64,000 nucleotides of DNA from Promethearchaeota archaeon (GTDB lineage: Archaea > Asgardarchaeota > Hermodarchaeia > Hermodarchaeales > Hermodarchaeaceae): contig JBHLMG010000006.1 in NCBI GenBank assembly GCA_048938385.1, forward strand, positions 1 to 64,000. Reading direction: 5' to 3'. The notes below the pieces were generated by a model. It searched no databases, had not been told where the DNA came from, and saw nothing but the letters and a program-made list of their open reading frames with translations. Below, piece by piece: positions 30,431 to 40,152 of the stretch; the first letter of the stretch is position 1, and each line of letters begins with the position of its first letter. The position numbers were made by a program, and so were the translations under genes.

Positions 30431-30997
30431 GTGAGGACCGTTATGTCTTCTCGAGTCGGACGCATTCGAAGTTTAGTACGTCTTGTGTCCCGGTTACGCC
30501 GTTCAGGAAGAGTCGCCTTGTTAATTGACGGCCCCAATGTCTTGCGCCGAGAGTTCGAAGTTCGATTAGACGATTTAAAACGCTTAGTAGGTGAGCTAGG
30601 CAAAATTGGTGTAGCCAAGGTATACCTCGATGATCGGGCAAGCAGTAAGCTACTGGAAGCCATTTCCAATAGCGGTTTTACCCCGGTAGTCACCACCTCA
30701 GATGTTCATGTCCATATGGCGGTTGACTCCTTGGATCTAGTTCTTGGAGATGCTACAAAACTCCTCGTTATTTTTAGCCGTCACGCACGAACTGCCCCAA
30801 TCCTTCGTCGTGCTCGAGAACATGGGGTTGAAACGCTTGCCATCGGTTTTGAGCCTGGCTTTAGTGTTGCGGTACAAAATGCAGCGGACAATATTCTTCG
30901 TTTGGACAATGCGATAGATGAACAAATGAGAGAAATCAGAGGAAAAAAGAAGAAAGAGAAAAAAGACGAAGAATATGATGTCGAGGACGAATGGTAA
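30431..30997 (+). CDS. NYN-domain protein (TIGR00288/DUF88-like PIN-fold ribonuclease)
   Basis: ALLIDGPNVLR, AKVYL, GFEPGFSVAVQNAAD; several usual acidic residues look replaced (DVHVH, SRHART). Confidence 0.85.
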   Translation: MRTVMSSRVGRIRSLVRLVSRLRRSGRVALLIDGPNVLRREFEVRLDDLKRLVGELGKIGVAKVYLDDRASSKLLEAISNSGFTPVVTTSDVHVHMAVDSLDLVLGDATKLLVIFSRHARTAPILRRAREHGVETLAIGFEPGFSVAVQNAADNILRLDNAIDEQMREIRGKKKKEKKDEEYDVEDEW

Positions 30998-31066
30998 ACT
31001 CGGGCTTATTAGCTACTTACTATGCAATTCGCTAATACAGCAGATAAGGCTGACCCGTACTAGTGC

Positions 31067-31777
31067 TTAGACTAATACATTGCGAATTTCATCCTTTGTT
31101 AAGGCTGAAAATTCGCGTTTGTCCGTATCGACGATGGAGATTTCCATCGCTTCTTCGTCTAACTTTTCTTCCACTACATGTCGCAATGTATCAATGCATA
31201 GCTTCACAGCAGCAGGCATGAGCTTGATTGTTGGTTTGTAATTCTTCGCTAAATATTCTCGAGCTGCTTCCGAGTTATAGCCGATAGCAGTCGCTCGCCA
31301 ACTCCAATAAGACCCTGACGGATCAGTTGTGAAAATCTGCGGGCCTTGGGAATCTGCACCCCCAATTAACAAGGATACCCCAAAGGGACGGATACCCCCC
31401 ACCTGAGTGTAGTTTTGTTTGAGGTCACAGACCTTTTTGGTGAGGACTTCAACATCAATAGGTTCGCCATAGGTTATTTGGCTGATTTGACTTTGAACCC
31501 GTGCAAAGTCGACTAGGACACGGGCATCAGCGTGGAGCCCAGCTATCGCACAGCCAATATGCTTGTCGATAGTGTAGATTTTCTGAATCTGATCTAAGTC
31601 CATTAGAGGTGATGTAGCTTCTTTGTGGACGCCAATAACCGCACCGTTAGCGGCTTTGATCCCAATAGCTGTTTTTCCTCGGCGAACAGCTTCGAGGGCG
31701 TATTCTACTTGGTACAATCGCCCTTCTGGTGAGAAGATAGTTATTGCACGATCGTATGCGAGGCTGCGTTCCATCAT
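31067..31777 (-). CDS. psmA: Proteasome subunit alpha; start moved to MMERSLAYDR at 31777
   Basis: Signature YDRAITIFSPEGRLYQVEYA, GLHADAR, TQVGGIRPFGVSLL, TDPSG. Confidence 0.95.
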   Translation of the reverse strand: MMERSLAYDRAITIFSPEGRLYQVEYALEAVRRGKTAIGIKAANGAVIGVHKEATSPLMDLDQIQKIYTIDKHIGCAIAGLHADARVLVDFARVQSQISQITYGEPIDVEVLTKKVCDLKQNYTQVGGIRPFGVSLLIGGADSQGPQIFTTDPSGSYWSWRATAIGYNSEAAREYLAKNYKPTIKLMPAAVKLCIDTLRHVVEEKLDEEAMEISIVDTDKREFSALTKDEIRNVLV

Positions 31778-32264
31778 ATCGGTTCGACCTCTCGTAGAGG
31801 CACGTTGACTGCTTGGAATTATAAAAGTTTGCCTCAATCGTCAATACAGCTAAAACAGAACCAATTTTTGACGAAGAAAAAGATTTGGAACTGGGATGAA
31901 GCGCCGCATACCTCAAGTCCTTCACCCCAAGTTCACAAAGGTTACCTTCAATCGCTTCTTAGGAAAGGGCGAAGAAGGATTTTGAAGAGTTTGATTCCTA
32001 GAAGGAGGATACCTCTGTCGCGTTGAACCCGCATGGAAGGTCCCTCTGAAAGCCTGCAGACACAACGGTTGCTTTTATTTATTATCGAGGATGTTTTCTA
32101 ATATTTTTAATAATTGAGGAGCTCGCAATTACGGTTTTTCACCGAATTTTGCCCTTATGGTCCAAAAAAATAGGAAAGATAGATTTGATTTTGAAGGAAC
32201 TGATGAAACGCAAGGCTTTTACTGGGTAGGAGCATCCGTGCCCAATATTGGGTGTGTGACAGGT

Positions 32265-33584
32265 ATGGCACGTAAACGTGTGATCATTATGGGTGCAGCA
32301 GGACGCGATTTCCATAACTTCAATGTCTTCTTTCGCGACAACGAAGATTATGAAGTTGTTGCGTTCACTGCTACACAGATACCCGGCATCGAAGAACGGA
32401 AGTATCCTGCCGTTTTGGCAGGGAAACTTTACCCAAAAGGAATACCAATCTTCCCAGAAGAGCTTCTCCCCAAATTAATACGAGAGCATGAAGTAGAACA
32501 AGTCGTGTTTGCGTATAGCGACATTGCCCACATTGATGTAATGCATTTAGCTTCCTGGGTGCATTCTGTAGGAGCAGATTTCCGACTAATGGGACCAGCA
32601 ACGACAATGATCAAAAGTAAGAAACCGGTCATCGCCATCTGTGCGGTTCGTACTGGTTCTGGGAAGAGCCAAACAAGTCGTCGAGTTGTTCAAATCCTCC
32701 GCGCTAAAGGTTTGAAGGTAGTAGTCGTTCGCCATCCAATGCCTTATGGAGACCTTGCTGAGCAGGTGGTGCAACGCTTTGAAACCCTAGAAGACCTAAA
32801 GCGGCATAAAACTACGATTGAGGAAATGGAGGAATATGAACCTCATATCGACCGAGGTGCTGTTGTCTACGCAGGTGTTGATTATGGAAAAATTCTAGAA
32901 GAAGCCGAGAAGGAAGCTGATGTTATCGTTTTCGATGGCGGAAATAATGACTTTCCATTCTATGTACCAGACATACACATTGTCATTGCAGATCCCCATC
33001 GACCAGGTCACGAAGTCATGTACCATCCCGGTGAAACGAACGCCCGTTTGGCAGATGTAGTTATCATTAATAAAATCGATACTGCGGAACCAGAGAACAT
33101 TGAGCAGGTACGCCAGACCATTCGCGTGGTGAATCCACGAGCCATCATCATCGATGCAGCATCTCCGCTCTTTGTAGAGAACCCTGAAGCAATTCAAGGT
33201 AAACGCGTTCTAGTCGTCGAAGATGGTCCGACCTTAACTCATGGAGAAATGGATTTTGGAGCAGGATGGGTTGCAGCAGAGAAATATGGAGCCGCAGAAA
33301 TTGTGGATCCCAGACCCTATGCGGTTGGATCGATTAAAGAAACCTTCGAAAAATATACGCATTTAAGTGAAATACTTCCCGCAATGGGGTATGGTGATAA
33401 ACAAGTCAAAGAATTAGAGCAAACAATTGCCGCAGTGGAAGCTGATGTAGTCGTGATTGGTACACCGATTGACCTCAAACGCGTTGTTAAGATTGACAAG
33501 CCCTCGGTTCGTGTGCGCTATGAACTTCAAGAAATTGGCAGACCCACTTTAGAAGATGTCCTTAAAGACTTCCCCACAAAATAA
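32265..33584 (+). CDS. COG2403 P-loop protein (cDPG-synthetase-like; arginine synthetase ArcE-like); start moved to MARKRV at 32265
   Basis: IMGAAGRDFHNFN, P-loop AVRTGSGKSQT, RHPMPYGDL, DGGNND, VEDGPTLTHG, LPAMGY. Confidence 0.85.
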   Translation: MARKRVIIMGAAGRDFHNFNVFFRDNEDYEVVAFTATQIPGIEERKYPAVLAGKLYPKGIPIFPEELLPKLIREHEVEQVVFAYSDIAHIDVMHLASWVHSVGADFRLMGPATTMIKSKKPVIAICAVRTGSGKSQTSRRVVQILRAKGLKVVVVRHPMPYGDLAEQVVQRFETLEDLKRHKTTIEEMEEYEPHIDRGAVVYAGVDYGKILEEAEKEADVIVFDGGNNDFPFYVPDIHIVIADPHRPGHEVMYHPGETNARLADVVIINKIDTAEPENIEQVRQTIRVVNPRAIIIDAASPLFVENPEAIQGKRVLVVEDGPTLTHGEMDFGAGWVAAEKYGAAEIVDPRPYAVGSIKETFEKYTHLSEILPAMGYGDKQVKELEQTIAAVEADVVVIGTPIDLKRVVKIDKPSVRVRYELQEIGRPTLEDVLKDFPTK

Positions 33585-33601
33585 CCAGAAAGTTACCATC
33601 T

Positions 33602-34540
33602 CTAACCTAGAGTTATGCGTAATCCCCGTAGAGTGAGCCAAGGGCTTCCTGCCTTCTTCCCTCGCTGTGGAGGAAGGAGGGTGAGGGGCCAATGTTTCCT
33701 GATATATTGGGGTTTCCAAGTTACTTCGTTAAGGCAACGAGAACCAATCATTGCAAGGGTTTTGGTGAGCACGGGGTGGTTCTTGATTCCGCTAAGAACT
33801 AAAGACTCTGCTGCTTCGAAGATACTACTTTGATAAGATCGGAAGTATCCGAACTTCATCCAATTGGGATTGGGTTCAGGGTAGCGTCGTGGAAAATTTG
33901 CAGTGGAAAGATCATGAGCTAACAGGTAGTCTTGGACATTTTTAACAGCAGTTTTGTATTGTTTACCACGCCATTGACTAGGAAATTCGTTGAGCCAACG
34001 GAGGGTACGCACCATGACATAAGCGCAGGGTTTGCCATCCGTGCGGACATGGCAATCTCCTTCACGATTCAAATTTGCTTCGAGATATTCCTCACAGGCT
34101 AGTTTTACCCGAGGATCTTCTGCAAAACCGAGGGCAAGAACTGCACGAAGAAACACGGTATTCCCACATTTGTTGATTTTCCCGCTTGATGCTATGAAAG
34201 CCCCATCTTGGCGTTTATAGGTTGAAAACGCGTGATTGACAGCATTGACTAATTCTGGAATTTTCGTCCCGTTGAGCCCGAGATTTCCAAAAAACCCCAT
34301 GACTTCTTGGAAGGCGAGAAATGTGCGTTTACGATGCTTCTCAATCCAAGGTCCTAAGGCATACTCGAGGTGGGGTAAAAGCCTCCTTTGCTGGCGTAGA
34401 AAGCCCGAATCAGTAATGGGTAACTTCTGAATATCACGGAGATAGAGGAGTTGTGCAAAGTCATGGATGATTGGTTCCTCATATTCTGTTACATATTCGA
34501 CTGCAAGTTCGGGATTGAAACTTGGAATAGCAGGAGACAT
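33602..34540 (-). CDS. Hypothetical protein, (alpha/alpha)-barrel prenyltransferase/squalene-oxidase-repeat-like; start probably MSPAIP at 34540
   Basis: RQDGAF, LGFAEDPRVK, FGYFRSYQSSIFE, SPWLTLRGLR pattern. Confidence 0.6.
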   Translation of the reverse strand: MSPAIPSFNPELAVEYVTEYEEPIIHDFAQLLYLRDIQKLPITDSGFLRQQRRLLPHLEYALGPWIEKHRKRTFLAFQEVMGFFGNLGLNGTKIPELVNAVNHAFSTYKRQDGAFIASSGKINKCGNTVFLRAVLALGFAEDPRVKLACEEYLEANLNREGDCHVRTDGKPCAYVMVRTLRWLNEFPSQWRGKQYKTAVKNVQDYLLAHDLSTANFPRRYPEPNPNWMKFGYFRSYQSSIFEAAESLVLSGIKNHPVLTKTLAMIGSRCLNEVTWKPQYIRKHWPLTLLPPQRGKKAGSPWLTLRGLRITLG

Positions 34541-34661
34541 AACGAACACTTGAGTAGTGGATAGTAGGATGTATCGGTTTTGGAGCTTTAAAACTGAAAG
34601 CACTATGCCTTGACTTGTGAATTCACTGCGTTTATGAAGCCAAAACCTAACATTCCTACTT

Positions 34662-35207
34662 ATGACTAACCAGCAATCCTATGCAACTCTTGGGGGCGGT
34701 TGTTTTTGGTGCACTGAAGCCGTTTTCCTGAGACTTAAGGGGGTTTCGAAGGTTGAATCAGGCTACTCTGGAGGAACGAGTGAAAACCCCACTTACAAAG
34801 AGGTATCAACAGGAAGAACAGGTCATGTAGAAGTAATCCAGATTACCTTCGATTCTGATGTTATCACCTTTCGCGAACTCCTCGAAGTATTCTTTGCCAC
34901 TCATGACCCTACAACATTAAATCGCCAGGGAAATGATGTAGGTACTCAATATCGATCTGTGATTTTCTACCATAACCAGCACCAAAAGGATGTCGCAGAA
35001 CAATACATCCAAGAATTAGAGAAATCGAAAGTCTTTGGCAAACCAATTGTCACGACAATAGAACCGTTTACAGCCTTTTACGAAGCTGAAGAGTATCACC
35101 AAAACTTCTTTGCGAGGAATCCTAATCAACTGTATTCCCGAGCAGTAATTCCACCAAAATTATTGAAGCTTAAAAAAGATTTCACAGATAAGCTGAAGAC
35201 AAACTGA
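34662..35207 (+). CDS. msrA: Peptide-methionine (S)-S-oxide reductase
   Basis: [41 protein letters not shown]. Confidence 0.96.
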   Translation: MTNQQSYATLGGGCFWCTEAVFLRLKGVSKVESGYSGGTSENPTYKEVSTGRTGHVEVIQITFDSDVITFRELLEVFFATHDPTTLNRQGNDVGTQYRSVIFYHNQHQKDVAEQYIQELEKSKVFGKPIVTTIEPFTAFYEAEEYHQNFFARNPNQLYSRAVIPPKLLKLKKDFTDKLKTN

Positions 35208-35231
35208 TTCGAATTTGTGAAGGATGCTAGC

Positions 35232-37106
35232 TCACATTCGCTCCAATGGGGTGATACCCAATAATTGCAGAGCGTTTGAGAGAACTTGGCGTGAGAGCTG
35301 TACAAGGAGTAAGCGTGCTGCTTTTAGATCTGGCGTTTCTGCTTTGAGGACTGGGCAGTTGTTGTAGAAGGAATTGAAGGCTACACAGAGGGTATATGCG
35401 TATTCTGCGAGATGGAACAGTTCAATTCGTGTGCCCCAAACTTCGCGTTTAGTGCCTTGAACGATTTCGAGAAGAACTTCGGGAAATCGGCCAAGGAGCT
35501 TTACGAGTTCAGTTTCAAAGGGGCTAGTTAGTTCGCTGAGTAAAGCAGCAGTTGGTGCAGTTTCTTTGCGGAGGATGGAGCAAGCGCGCGCGTAGGTGTA
35601 CATAAGATAGGGAGCAGCATTGCCATCAAAGTTGAGCATGTCCTCCCAGGTGAAAACAATTTGTTTTTCAACAGCTACCTTGAGCAAAGAGTATCTGACT
35701 GCAGCGGATCCGATAGCTTTAGCAACCTGCCGGAGGAACCGCGAATCAGCATCAGGATTTCGTTTCTTAACTTCCTTAACAGCTCGACGCGTAGCTTGAC
35801 GAATGACATCATCAGTGCTGAGCCCAATCCAAGTTCCCTTTCTTCCGGAGAACCGTGCATCGGGGAGAGTTACGAATTCATATGCTAGATGATAGTAATT
35901 CTCTGAAGCCTTTTCATAACCCAAGGTCTTCAATATCAGATACACAGTGCGTTGCGCCTGACTTTGAGGCATCCCAATAACATTGTATATAATATCAGCC
36001 GGACGATAGTGACCTGTTTCTCCGCGGGGTGCTGTTGTCCAAAGGATGCCTTCTTTAACTTTAGAGCTTTTGAAAGGAGTGTATTTGAATGGATCTTCGA
36101 TGATACCGAATTTCCAAAAGTGGAACGCAATGTCTTTTCCAGTGTAGGTGGCAACCCCATCGGACCGAACTAACACTTTTTCAGTATCTTTCAAACGCTG
36201 AAATTCTTCGTACAAACTAAGGTCCACTATCACGCAACCAGCTTTCTCACCTTTTGTTGGTTGAGATGTTGTAGGAGCCTCCAGAATCTTCTCTAAAGCC
36301 TCTGCAAACAGCCCTGAATGAGCGATATCACTCTCCCAAACTAAGAGATCATGATGCACATTCAATTTCTCATGAGTTTTGTGATGGGCTCGAAGCACTC
36401 GTTCAGACATTTTCCGGACTTCTGAGGCCACCTTGTTGTTTCCCTGTTCCATGAGTTTCAAATACTTACGAACCTGGTCTTCGTCATATTTTCCTTGGGC
36501 ATCCACATAAAGGCGTCCGACGATGTGATCATACTTCCCTTTGTATTTTGAAGCATCTAAGTGTTTTAGCGCCCAATAGGCTACGGCAATTTGAAGCCCT
36601 AAATCATTGATGTAATCCATACGTGTGACATCATAACCTACAGTTCTCATTAACCGTGCAACTGTATCACCGAGAACTGCATTTCGAGCGTGGCCAACAT
36701 GAAGTGGATTATTTGGATTCACTGCTGGATATTCGACCACTACATGCTTTCCTGCAAACATGTTAGAGCTGCCATACGAATCACCAGCGGTAAGAATTGC
36801 ATCGATAACAAGACGGCGATAGGGGATGATGTTGATATAGAAGTTTACATAGGGGCCCTGTGCAACGACTTGTTCTATCAAGGGAAACCGGATTGGGTCG
36901 AATTTTACTAAACCTTTTGCAATTTCAACAGGGGTCTTCTTGAGTTCTTGTGCAAGATGGAAGGCGGCAGTGCAAGCGAGGTCCCCATGGTGAGGATCAG
37001 CTGGGATTTCAAGAAATTGGCTTAGGTCCTGTCCACTGGCTAGCTGAAGCGCTTCTATTACTTGTCGCCGAAACTGCTCCCAAGGATTTGTCACGGTCAC
37101 CGTCAT
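35232..37106 (-). CDS. argS: Arginine--tRNA ligase; start moved to MTVTVTNPW at 37106
   Basis: HIGH-like LHVGHARN, INDLGLQ, VRSDGVATY, FSGRKG (KMSKS equivalent), YLMYTYARACSI, C-terminal GITPLERM. Confidence 0.95.
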   Translation of the reverse strand: MTVTVTNPWEQFRRQVIEALQLASGQDLSQFLEIPADPHHGDLACTAAFHLAQELKKTPVEIAKGLVKFDPIRFPLIEQVVAQGPYVNFYINIIPYRRLVIDAILTAGDSYGSSNMFAGKHVVVEYPAVNPNNPLHVGHARNAVLGDTVARLMRTVGYDVTRMDYINDLGLQIAVAYWALKHLDASKYKGKYDHIVGRLYVDAQGKYDEDQVRKYLKLMEQGNNKVASEVRKMSERVLRAHHKTHEKLNVHHDLLVWESDIAHSGLFAEALEKILEAPTTSQPTKGEKAGCVIVDLSLYEEFQRLKDTEKVLVRSDGVATYTGKDIAFHFWKFGIIEDPFKYTPFKSSKVKEGILWTTAPRGETGHYRPADIIYNVIGMPQSQAQRTVYLILKTLGYEKASENYYHLAYEFVTLPDARFSGRKGTWIGLSTDDVIRQATRRAVKEVKKRNPDADSRFLRQVAKAIGSAAVRYSLLKVAVEKQIVFTWEDMLNFDGNAAPYLMYTYARACSILRKETAPTAALLSELTSPFETELVKLLGRFPEVLLEIVQGTKREVWGTRIELFHLAEYAYTLCVAFNSFYNNCPVLKAETPDLKAARLLLVQLSRQVLSNALQLLGITPLERM

Positions 37107-37264
37107 CCAATTCTTGTCCTGAATACGCAAGGGACGCCTTTTTTCTCTTTCGTCTCCCCTGCAAATAAGGTTGGGTATAACCCAGAGGAGAAACTGAGGG
37201 GGGAGTTTAAGTACAGAAATGATTAAACGGCAGGAGGTTCTACATCCGGTGCCTTCCCTTCCCT

Positions 37265-37340
37265 GCGCACGTGGCCAAGCGGATACGGCGACAGGCTTCG
37301 GACCTGTAGATCCGGGGTTCAAATCCCTGCGTGCGCACCA
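37265..37340 (+). tRNA. tRNA-Arg(TCG), intron-less, CCA encoded
   Basis: Cloverleaf: acceptor GCGCACG/CGTGCGC, D-arm with GGA, anticodon stem ACAGG/CCTGT with loop CTTCGGA, T-arm CGGGG-TTCAAAT-CCCTG, terminal ACCA. Confidence 0.95.
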
Positions 37341-37540
37341 TTTACTCTTATAATGAATGGGTTGAGCTTGTTTTCTCTGGTGATGCCTGATGCCAGAATT
37401 ATCTAGGAAGTGAAGAGGTATTGAACTTAACTAGATTATTCTTAACCTTGTCTGACCCTTTGGTAACTGGAGTAGTACCTATCTTTGTCTCGATGTATCC
37501 AGACTAAGAGGACGGATTTAACCCAGTGGAGATGAGAGGA

Positions 37541-38650
37541 TCACTTGACCGCCTTAAAGCGTGGTTTCAGTTTCTTGAGGACATCTGGTAGAGTTGTGTA
37601 TTCCATCGAGGAGGGCGGAAGACGATGCGGTTCAAAGGGACCATGGCGTCGGAGGTAATCTGCAACATACATGCATTGATCCCGTGTTAGGTCCCAGGCT
37701 GGGTCATCGAAGACATCCACGGGTTCGGTGAGTTTGCCATTTTTCATACTGAAGGCAAGACCAGTAACGCGTGGAGGTCCATCAAACCGTGTACATTGTG
37801 AGTAATGGAGAGGGACTGGCATTAGAGGACCGTTGTGGCTGCCCCGCATCCATCCCGTGACTAGGTGACCAAGAGCGAAGCCTTCTAAGACTTCGCCTGT
37901 AGCAGGAAAACCGCTCTGGGCACGGATAATTGCGCCAGGGTCGTCTTTTCCAATGTAGCGTCCTGCAACTGCATAGAGTTTTTCTGTGGAGATTACTGCG
38001 CCGATACCGCGTTTTTCATCCTTAGAATACACGCGTTTGACGACGTAGTCCTCGGTTGCGCCAATTAAAGCGAGTAAGTCATAGGTCTCTGATGGAGTTT
38101 CTAGCCTGACCATTTTGTTGTTTTTGATGTCGTAAACTTCGAAGATGAAGCCGTCATGCATCTTAGGATCAATGATTAACCCTGCAGTGTTAAAGGGGTC
38201 GCCGAAGACCCGAAAGATTGGGTAATTGAAAGCGCCGGGTGCCGTTTTATCCGCTGTAAAGACGACGAAGGGTTCAGCAGGGCGTTCGTCGAATTCCATT
38301 TCAGCAACGCCTGGACCCATGCCTCGGACATTACCACTGAAGGCTTCCTTCAGGATATCTTGTCCAGCCCCATAGAGACCACGCTCTTTCGCATTCTGCG
38401 TCCCTTTCATAAGGGCTTCAAAGGCAACTTTGTGGATTTCCTCGTTGTCTACACCACGATCATGCGTCATGAGAATTTCGCTGTCATCCCCAGCATTCCA
38501 TATCTTATAATCGATTATTAGTCCGGATTGATGGGCTTCGTCAATCGTCTGACAGATGACATCGGTTGTCACATCGCATGTGCGGATGTGACCCCCAATA
38601 CTACCTATATCCGCTTTGATTAGAGTAACAGTGATTTTCACAGGTGCCAC
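37541..38650 (-). CDS. fbp: Bifunctional fructose-1,6-bisphosphate aldolase/phosphatase (class V FBPase)
   Basis: IKADIGS, GLYGAGQD, GNVRGMGPG, YIGKDDP (Schiff-base Lys), GWMRGSH, RFDGPPR, RRHGPFEPHRLP. Confidence 0.95.
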   Translation of the reverse strand: MAPVKITVTLIKADIGSIGGHIRTCDVTTDVICQTIDEAHQSGLIIDYKIWNAGDDSEILMTHDRGVDNEEIHKVAFEALMKGTQNAKERGLYGAGQDILKEAFSGNVRGMGPGVAEMEFDERPAEPFVVFTADKTAPGAFNYPIFRVFGDPFNTAGLIIDPKMHDGFIFEVYDIKNNKMVRLETPSETYDLLALIGATEDYVVKRVYSKDEKRGIGAVISTEKLYAVAGRYIGKDDPGAIIRAQSGFPATGEVLEGFALGHLVTGWMRGSHNGPLMPVPLHYSQCTRFDGPPRVTGLAFSMKNGKLTEPVDVFDDPAWDLTRDQCMYVADYLRRHGPFEPHRLPPSSMEYTTLPDVLKKLKPRFKAVK

Positions 38651-38763
38651 CTGTTAATACTACTGTGTTGGCAGTGTTGTTGGCTAACATACTAAGAATG
38701 TTACGCTGCTACTGCCGCTAGTGGCAGATTACTTTATCATTATTAAATAATTTGTTATTCCCC

Positions 38764-39294
38764 TTAATCCTTCGAAGACTGCTGGAGTTGATGAAGGTAT
38801 CGCCGACTTAGTTCGACATAAACTTTCCAGTTGGTATCGAGTTCTTTGAGATCTGCGGGAGTGAGTTGGCGAACGACTTTTCCTGGCACGCCAATAACGA
38901 GGCTTTCAGGAGGGATTTTCTTGCCAGGAGTGATTACGCAACCAGCTCCGATAATGCAATGAGACCCGATATGAACATCATTGAGGATGATCGCCCCAAT
39001 ACCAACCAGCACATTGTCTTCGATGATACATCCATGGGCAACAGAGTTGTGTCCCAGGGTAACACGACTACCAATGATGGTAGGGAACCGGATGTCACAG
39101 TGTACGGTGCAATTATCTTGAATACTTGAGTCGGAACCGATGGTAATGGTGTTGTAATCAGCTCGGATAGTGGCATGTTCCCAAACACTACTCCTTGCGC
39201 CGATGCTGGCTTGTCCGATTACAGACGCCCGAGGAGAGATATAGGCGTCATCAGCGATGTTTGGTTTTTTGCCTTGATAGGGGATAACTGGCAT
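38764..39294 (-). CDS. Gamma carbonic anhydrase family protein (YrdA/CaiE/PaaY-like)
   Basis: Hexapeptide repeats; IRAD, QDNCTVH, GHNSVAHGC metal histidines. Confidence 0.92.
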   Translation of the reverse strand: MPVIPYQGKKPNIADDAYISPRASVIGQASIGARSSVWEHATIRADYNTITIGSDSSIQDNCTVHCDIRFPTIIGSRVTLGHNSVAHGCIIEDNVLVGIGAIILNDVHIGSHCIIGAGCVITPGKKIPPESLVIGVPGKVVRQLTPADLKELDTNWKVYVELSRRYLHQLQQSSKD

Positions 39295-39350
39295 GGTCTT
39301 TCACTTCATCTGAATTGTGGCAGTGGGTTCCAGGTTCCCATAACTGTTAC

Positions 39351-40145
39351 TCATTCGCGTGATTGAACAGCAAAAATTGCCGCACCCAAGGCCCCTGTGA
39401 ACTGGGGGTCAGGAGGAAGCCAAAGGTCAGTTTTGAGTTCCTGACTAAGATGATAGCGAAACCCGGGATTTAAGGCCACACCACCAGTGACTGCCACAGG
39501 AGGCGTGACAGCGACTCGTTGAGAAAGCGTTGCGATTTTCACGGCCATGGCTTTATGGACGCCTGCAGCAATATCCGCTGGATTGTCTCCTGCACCAATT
39601 CGTCCAACCACTTCACTCTCTGCAAAGACTGTACAAGTACTACTGATCGTCGCAGGGGATTTAGCCTTGAGCGCAAGGGCACCGAGTTCGGTAATTGGAA
39701 GTTCGAGCACCTTTGCCATAACTTCAAGGAAGCGTCCGGTTCCAGCACTGCATTTGTCATTGAGTTCAAAATCTGTTGGACGTCCATCAGCGCCGATTCG
39801 AATAACCTTAGAATCTTGACCTCCAACATCAATAAGTGTCCGTATCTTATTGTTTAAGCTGTGGACACCGACACTATGACAGGTGATTTCAGTGATCGAT
39901 TTGGTAGCATTGAAGGCTTGTCGACGCCCATAGCCAGTACTGATGATTGGAATTCGAGAGAGGTCTTGGCTTGACTGGGATGCAAGTTCTTGGTAACACT
40001 GTCGGACTGCGTTTTTTGCAGAGGCGCCAGTAGAAACGAGGAACTTCCCTAACACCTGCCCCGATGAGTTGATGAGGATGGCTTTTGTGGTCGTGGATCC
40101 GACATCAATACCAATTCCAAGTGGTGGTTGATTAGGCACAGGCAT
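39351..40145 (-). CDS. ATP-dependent activator of 2-hydroxyacyl-CoA dehydratase (HgdC/BadFG family)
   Basis: GIDVGSTTTK, TGYGR, DVGGQDSK, NDKCSAGTGRFLE, STCTVFAESE. Confidence 0.92.
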   Translation of the reverse strand: MPVPNQPPLGIGIDVGSTTTKAILINSSGQVLGKFLVSTGASAKNAVRQCYQELASQSSQDLSRIPIISTGYGRRQAFNATKSITEITCHSVGVHSLNNKIRTLIDVGGQDSKVIRIGADGRPTDFELNDKCSAGTGRFLEVMAKVLELPITELGALALKAKSPATISSTCTVFAESEVVGRIGAGDNPADIAAGVHKAMAVKIATLSQRVAVTPPVAVTGGVALNPGFRYHLSQELKTDLWLPPDPQFTGALGAAIFAVQSRE

Positions 40146-40152
40146 TCAATTC

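Noticed and set aside
31840-32260. Riboswitch or ncRNA in the long psmA-COG2403 intergenic region
   Set aside because: No match to TPP, FMN, lysine, glycine or fluoride consensus by eye, and no convincing stems.
37107-37322. 72-aa N-terminal extension of ArgRS in the ORF track
   Set aside because: It runs antisense through the tRNA-Arg gene and its promoter region, so it is an artefact of longest-ORF calling.
37345-37540. Possible C/D-box sRNA or integration scar downstream of tRNA-Arg
   Set aside because: Only degenerate C/D boxes are present. There is no duplicate of the tRNA 3' end and no integrase in the window.
38685-38703. TAACAT-N7-ATGTTA inverted repeat upstream of fbp
   Set aside because: A 6-bp AT-rich arm is too weak to call an operator without comparative data.
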